From Macrostomum lignano (taxonomy: Eukaryota), in NCBI GenBank assembly GCA_002269645.1, contig NIVC01001178.1, positions 248,001 to 312,000 of the forward strand: a stretch of DNA of 64,000 bases. Direction: 5' to 3'. The notes under the pieces were generated by a model that saw only the letters and a program-made list of their open reading frames with translations, searched no databases and was not told the origin of the DNA. Below are positions 59,740 to 64,000 of this stretch, in pieces. The stretch's first letter is position 1, and every line of letters begins with the position of its first letter. Made by a program: the position numbers and the translations under genes.

Positions 59740-61805
59740 TCAAGATTTATAAACCGATTTCAGTTGAGCAACCACAGCGGCCGGGTCTGGGCTCTTGATC
59801 AGGGCGGTGCCGGACACCAGAACGTTGGCACCGGCTGATGCGCACTGGGAAACATTGTCTGGCGTTACGCCACCATCAACTTCAATATCTAACGTGGCGT
59901 ATCGATCGCGGAGCGACTTCACTTTGGGCATCATGTCAGACATGAACGACTGACCCCCGAAGCCTGGATGCACCGTCATTACTAGGATCTGCGAGGTATA
60001 TAGGATTTGGGATCGGAATGGTTAGGGTAGGAATCTAGATATTGAGATTGCGATCATTGACTTTGAGATTGAGATTATTGATTTGGAGATTGGGATTATT
60101 GGTTTAGAAATAGGGATTGATTCAGGGAGTAATAGGGAGTATTGATTTTGAGATTGGGATTATTGGTTTAGAAATAGGGATTGATTCAGGGAGTAATAGG
60201 GAGTATTGATTTTGAGATTGGGATTTTTGATTTTGAGATTGGGATTATTGATTCTGAGATACGAATTCTTGATTTTAGGATTGGGATTCTTGATTTTAGG
60301 ATTGGGATTCTTGATTTTAGGATTGGGATTCTTGATTTTAGGATTGGGATTCTTGATTTTAGGATTGGGATTCTTGATTTTAGGATTGGGATTCTTGATT
60401 TTAGGATTGGGATTCTTGATTTTAGGATTGGGATTCTTGATTTTAGGATTGGGATTCTTGATTTTAGGATTGGGATTCTTGATTTTAGGATTGGGATTCT
60501 TGATTTTAGGATTGGGATTCTTGATTTTAGGATTGGGATTCTTGATTTTAGGATTGGGATTCTTGATTTTAGGATTGGGATTCTTGATTTTAGGATTGGG
60601 ATTCTTGATTTTAGGATTGGGATTCTTGATTTTAGGATTGGGATTCTTGATTTTAGGATTGGGATTCTTGATTTTAGGATTGGGATTCTTGATTTTAGGA
60701 TTGGGATTCTTGATTTTAGGATTGGGATTCTTGATTTTAGGATTGGGATTCTTGATTTTAGGATTGGGATTCTTGATTTTAGGATTGGGATTCTTGATTT
60801 TAGGATTGGGATTCTTGATTTTAGGATTGGGATTCTTGATTTTATGATCATGGATTCGATGATATCTTGAAAAAGGGGCCTAAATGACATTGATATCAGG
60901 AATAAAAACTACAGTCCTAGTGATTAATAGAATGAATTATTTATTAAAATTTCAATAACCTGGTCAACAGTCTCCACAAAGGGAAACACCAAATGCACAG
61001 GCGTGTCCGGGCTGATCCCAAGTCCCACTCGCATCCCATTCTCTCGGATATGCCGAATGCACTCGCTGCAAGCTTCGGTGTCAACATTCCCGACGACTGG
61101 CGAAGAAGAGTCGCTGCCGCCACCTGTGGAGCCGATTTGACAGAATGGCTCCAGGTGGAATGTGTACTGATTGGCCCCCGCACTGGCCATGGGCTGCACC
61201 CACTGACGCGGCTTGGAGACCATCATGTGCACCTGGGAGTCAGGGTGAGAATGATGGGTGAGAAGGACATTCCTGGCTACGCGCAAAACTATTGAATTGA
61301 AATTACTGCCTAATTGTCTCTCTGTCTGTCTGCCTGCCTGTCTGTCTGTCTGCCTGCCTGTCTGTCTGTCTGCCTGTTTTTCCGTCTGCCTGCCTGTTTT
61401 TCCGTCTGTCTGTCTCTCTGTCTGTCTGTCTATCTGTTAGTCTGCCTGTCTGTCTGCCCGTCTGCCTGTCTGTCTGTCTGTCTGCCTGCCTGCCTGTCTG
61501 TCTGTCTGCCTGTTTTTTTGTCTGTCTGCCTGCCTGTTTTTCTGTCTGTCTGTCTATCTGTTAGTCTGCCTGTCTGTCTGCCCGTCTGCCTGTCTGTCTG
61601 TCTGTCTGCCTGCCTGTTTTTCTGTCTGTCTGTCTGTCTGTCTATCTGTTAGTCTGCCTGTCTGTCTGCCCGTCTGCCTGTCTGTCTGTCTGCCTGTTTT
61701 TTTTGTCTGTCTGCCTGCCTGTTTTTCCGTCTGTCTGTCTGTCTGTCTGTCTATCTGTTAGTCTGCCTGTCTGTCTGTCTGCCTGTCTGCCTGCCTGTCT
61801 GTCTC

Positions 61806-61844
<39 letters not shown>

Positions 61845-61974
61845 GTTAGTCTGCCTGTCTGCCTGTCTGCCTGTCTGCCTGCCTGTCTGTCTGTCTGTAT
61901 GTCTGCCTGCCTGTCTGTCTCTCTGTCTGTCTGTCTGTCTGCCTGTCTGTCTGTCTGTCTGTCTGCGTGCCTGC

Positions 61975-62008
<34 letters not shown>

Positions 62009-62497
62009 GTTAGTCTGCCTGTCTGTCTGTCTGCCTGTCGGTCTGCCTGCATTTTTTATGCCCAGTAGTATCTCATCAAATATCATAAATTTCTTATAAC
62101 TGTATTCCTAACGACTATTTTCTCTCTGTGCCATTCTATTGCATCAAGCAAGCATCAATCCAACTGTCTCAGTGTCTGCATGCACATCTTATTAGTGTAC
62201 AGTGCAGTCATATAAGCTTAGTCCAGTGGTCTCAATGCCAGCCCGAATCAGCACAAAGCATCAACTGCTAACCTCAAGAAGTACACCTGGCAGCTTTGGA
62301 CGAAGGCACTGCACAACAGGATGACCAAATGTTAAATTTGGCACAAAGTGGCCATCCATGACATCCAGATGGAGAAAATCAGAACCAGCTGAAATCATTC
62401 TGTTGCATTCCGAGTGCAGCTCGGCCAGGTCTGAGTTCAGAATGGAAGCAGCAACCTTCACTGGTGGTGAATGAGGCTGACACTGTTGCGGCTGCAT
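59740..62497 (-). CDS. RPE: Ribulose-phosphate 3-epimerase (about 248 aa, 3 exons)
   Basis: Exons 62497-62273, 61232-60960, 59988-59740, all phase 0. [67 protein letters not shown]. Confidence 0.97.
60040..60845. repeat. 21-bp minisatellite (GATTGGGATTCTTGATTTTAG)n, RPE intron 2
   Basis: Homogeneous core with degenerate copies at the left edge. Confidence 0.95.
61315..62047. repeat. (CTGT)/(CTGC)n microsatellite, RPE intron 1
   Basis: Tetranucleotide runs. Confidence 0.95.
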
Positions 62498-63689
62498 TAG
62501 GACTTGGTGTTTATTAAATATGAGCAAACTTAACAAGATAGTTTACCAATAGAAGATTTTCTCATAAATAAAAAGGTAATTTGCTTATTTCTCTAAGTAT
62601 AATATTTAGGTCCTAACAAACAAGTATGCCATTTTATAATAGGGGTTAATAGGGAATAATAGGAATAAACTACGAGATTAGCTAATACATATATTACTAT
62701 ATTATTATAAAAGCATATGTCTAGCTAAAAGCGGACAAGAAATAATATAATAATAGTGAAGTGTATTGAAAATTGGAAATGCATCTATAATTTTTTTAGA
62801 TGTATGTATGCATATACATATGTTTTCATTCTTTGAACTTTTTGCATTGTATAAATGAAATTTTTGCTGCAGTAATATAACATTAATTATTGGGCCCAAT
62901 AACTGAAACTTTTTTTGATATATTTTTATGTAGATAGGCCTAGGATACTTTCAAAATTGACCTTAATAGGGAAACAAAAATATGATATAGTTTAAAGTAT
63001 TTATCAAAATTATTTTAATTTGTTTTAATTATATATATCCATATATACATACTATATTGGCATATAATCTTATATCTAAAGCTGAGTAGACCAACTAGGT
63101 TTAAGTTTATTGTGTATCTCCCCCTAGATGACAGGCAACTCAAATGCCATACTTCTAACAGTATGATCTCAAGTTAACAGAGAGAGTCTTGATTGACTGC
63201 AATTTGATAGAGATAGTATTCATATTAAATTGTTAAGATGCAATTTATTAGAGGATTTTGAAGGATTCTTGTTTCACAGAGAGGATTTTGATAGATTTCA
63301 ATTTCATAGAGAGTTAAAATGTGAAAGAAACATGAATAGAAAAAAGAGAAAAAAAAATAAAAAGGAGAAAAAGATAAGAGAACAAGGCAAGAGAAGAGAT
63401 AAGAGCAAGAGGAGGCAATAGATTATACCAAATTTTCTAGTGCAAATCAACAATTTCTCTGACATATTTGCCATACTTATAGTGCGAAACTGCATAGTTG
63501 GATGAATATAGGCCTATTCTATGAATTAGTAATTATTAGACTTTTGCTGATTATTGTAATATATAATTCTTTGCATCTTTTAGATGTCTTTTTATTATAA
63601 TTATAGTAATAACAATAATAATAATAGATTACACCTGCCCCAATTGGGCCAGATGTGCAACTGACAGCTCAGCTGCAGCCATTGCGTGG

Positions 63690-63915
63690 CACATTGTAAA
63701 GCTACATACAGCTGTTTAGACCAAGGACTAGGAGGTTGCCATATACTCTCAATTATCCCAGCTAATACTGATACCCATTTTATAGCTGGGTGAACTAAAG
63801 CAATGCAGAATTAAGTGTTTTGCTCAAGGACACAAATTGTTCCAAGTGGGATTAGGAATCAAACTCCCAACCTTCAAGCTATGAGGCTGACACTCTAAAC
63901 CAATAGGCTATAACC
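63690..63915. mobile_element. CORE-type SINE fragment (copy 2)
   Basis: CCCATTTTATAGCTGGGTGAACTAAAGCAATGCAGAATTAAGTGTTTTGCTCAAGGACACA, homologous to the copy at 52.5 kb. Confidence 0.65.
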
Positions 63916-64000
63916 CCATATTCTCCCAACCCACAAATCCTTGCATATATATAATTATAGCATGTATACAATATTTGTTCATTTTATTATGAATATAAGA

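Overview
This is eukaryotic (metazoan) genomic DNA: spliceosomal GT-AG introns, AT-rich intergenic DNA and GC-rich exons. The style, with nearly every intron filled by its own micro- or minisatellite, resembles the flatworm Macrostomum, but the organism is an inference. Host genes reconstructed by eye, all on the minus strand unless noted: MAD2 (exons 1-2; 8.5-kb intron 1), a 9-exon DSTYK-like protein (dynamin-type GTPase plus degenerate kinase), an SLC16/MCT-like MFS transporter, two convergent intronless DEG/ENaC channels (one +, one -), JMJD4, NUDT8 and RPE. Mobile DNA includes a non-LTR retrotransposon with an open RT frame, three nested hAT-like elements, a Merlin transposase relic, a solo-LTR-like insert, a Penelope GIY-YIG fragment with a hammerhead ribozyme, fold-back MITEs, a TIR element carrying a frameshifted BEN-domain gene, and CORE-SINEs. 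The most striking structure is the DEG/ENaC pair: an inverted duplication whose 3' 1149 bp are almost identical while the 5' halves have diverged, and whose symmetry axis coincides to the base with the centre of a 496-bp fold-back element. Splice models were checked for reading-frame phase by hand; repeat boundaries are approximate; no database searches were run.
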